Shown: in pieces, positions 62,635 through 64,000 of the stretch
Layout: each line of letters opens with the position of its first letter
Position numbering within the stretch: position 1 is the first letter of the stretch
Assembly (NCBI GenBank): GCA_030390025.1
Contig: CM059433.1
Location: 22,012,001 to 22,076,000 of the forward strand
Length of the DNA: 64,000 nucleotides
DNA from: Squalus acanthias
Lineage: Eukaryota
Direction: 5' to 3'
The notes under the pieces: model-generated
Database searches by the model: none
Told to the model about the DNA's origin: nothing
Seen by the model: the letters and a program-made list of their open reading frames with translations, nothing else
Position numbers and translations under genes: made by a program

Positions 62635-63350
62635 GAGCCGGATTTTGCAGTCAGCGGTGAATGAACGGCGCCAGCACTTGCCCACGGACTTTCTGTGGGA
62701 TTTTGCACTGTAAGTTACTGTAAATTAGAGAGCCAAAACAGTGTGGCGCCCTCTACAGGGGATCTGGGACCTGTGTGAATAGGGCAAGCACCTGTGTATC
62801 TCCTTAACCAATCAGATTGAAGAAGCATTAATGAGCAGCGCAGAGTTTGAACCAGGAAGTGTCAGTTAGAATATTTAATTCAATGTCAAATCAGGTACAG
62901 AAAGTGAAATAAAGAGAGCGAAAGAAAGATGGAATTAAGAGAGATAGATAAAATGTATTTAATTTTTAAAATATTTTTAAATCTCCAACAATAATTAAAA
63001 TCTAAAGGAATAAGCTAATTTTCAGTGCCAGAGAGGTTAATTGGCAGTAATGAAGACTTACCACACTGTTAAAAATGTACTTACACTGGAATGGACCAGC
63101 CCTGGCTTTCTCTGGTAAATTTAGTATGTATATATCCGGTAAGTACAGCAACTTCACGCCTTTCCATGTATTTCAATGGCAAGATGCCATTCTCACGCAG
63201 CTTTTGGAGGAGCAGGGCATCTCGGACAGCAACTCCCTGATTTATGCATTTAACTGCGCATGTGCGGTCGCTGGCAGTTGCTTTCCAATTTACACTTTAA
63301 TAACGGTGAGCACTGTTAGCCTCACCATTACTTCTACCGCAAACCCGACT
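62635..63350. mobile_element. probable MITE with degenerate TIRs
   Basis: GAGCCGGATTTTGCAGTC ... CTACCGCAAACCCGACT; GC-rich ends around an AT-rich centre, like the other MITEs here. Confidence 0.45.
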
Positions 63351-64000
63351 TAGTTACTAAAGGAGAGACCTGAGACAAGCACAATCTCAATGATTCCCCA
63401 ATCTGCTTCTAATGTTTTCAGCTACAAGATGTACTTAAATAATAATCTGACTTACATTAGAATGTATGAATCATAAAAGAAATAACATAATATTATAATG
63501 GATACATTTCAATCACTTAAGGGGAATTACTTTTTATTTTAAACAAACTTAGAAGTCACTTAGTTATTTTCTGCCTTATTAAGTACCAGGTGCATATAAC
63601 CTTTGTGCTTAATGGTGCAAAATAATCAAAATAACTGGATGGAAGTTAGAATAGAGTAACCATCTGTGATGGTCCTGATTCCCATTAAAATCCTCATTTG
63701 CTTGACCAGTTCATCGGCTCATAAAAACTGCTTTGATAAAATGACAAATATAAATTTATGAGATGTTTTTGAGCTGTCTTAATAGTCCTGCTCGTCCTAT
63801 GAAAGTAGTGGCATTTTTTTCTGAAGATGTGAAACTCTTCTGTTTCCTCCCAGAGTCCTCTGTTCTTTCTGGTCTATGTATCAGGCACAACTAAAAGGAC
63901 AGGGAGATGATGGTACTCTAGCTTTGCTCGTACCGCTCTGTGACTTTCCAAACTAATAGCCAATATTTACCTTCACACGAGCGGAATAATTGCAGTGTTC

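Overview
Vertebrate genomic DNA, not prokaryotic. The repeat families (DeuSINE/SacSINE1-like SINEs, many CR1 LINEs, Penelope-type termini) point to a cartilaginous fish, which is an inference. The window lies inside a + strand CUB-and-Sushi multiple-domain gene, best matching CSMD1. Three consecutive phase-1 Sushi/CCP exons (1168-1341, 11020-11208, 47911-48084) splice in frame. The rest is intron filled with transposable elements: CR1 LINEs (one with an uninterrupted ORF2), L2 fragments, SINEs, five PIF/Harbinger relics with transposase and Myb/SANT genes, MITEs, a hAT element, Penelope-like termini and minisatellites, often nested. The most notable observations are: (1) a U_UUA_AAC slippery heptamer in the correct phase at the CR1 ORF1/ORF2 overlap, with no in-frame AUG before the end of the endonuclease domain, making it a candidate -1 frameshift site; (2) two minimal hammerhead ribozyme folds with co-varying stems; (3) a 336-bp direct repeat (7 differences) flanking a symmetric Sushi exon; (4) a MITE hairpin conserved in structure across diverged subfamilies; (5) a 53-bp minisatellite apparently derived from the CR1 3' end. 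Family names come from recalled motifs, no database search was run, and the boundaries of degraded elements are approximate.
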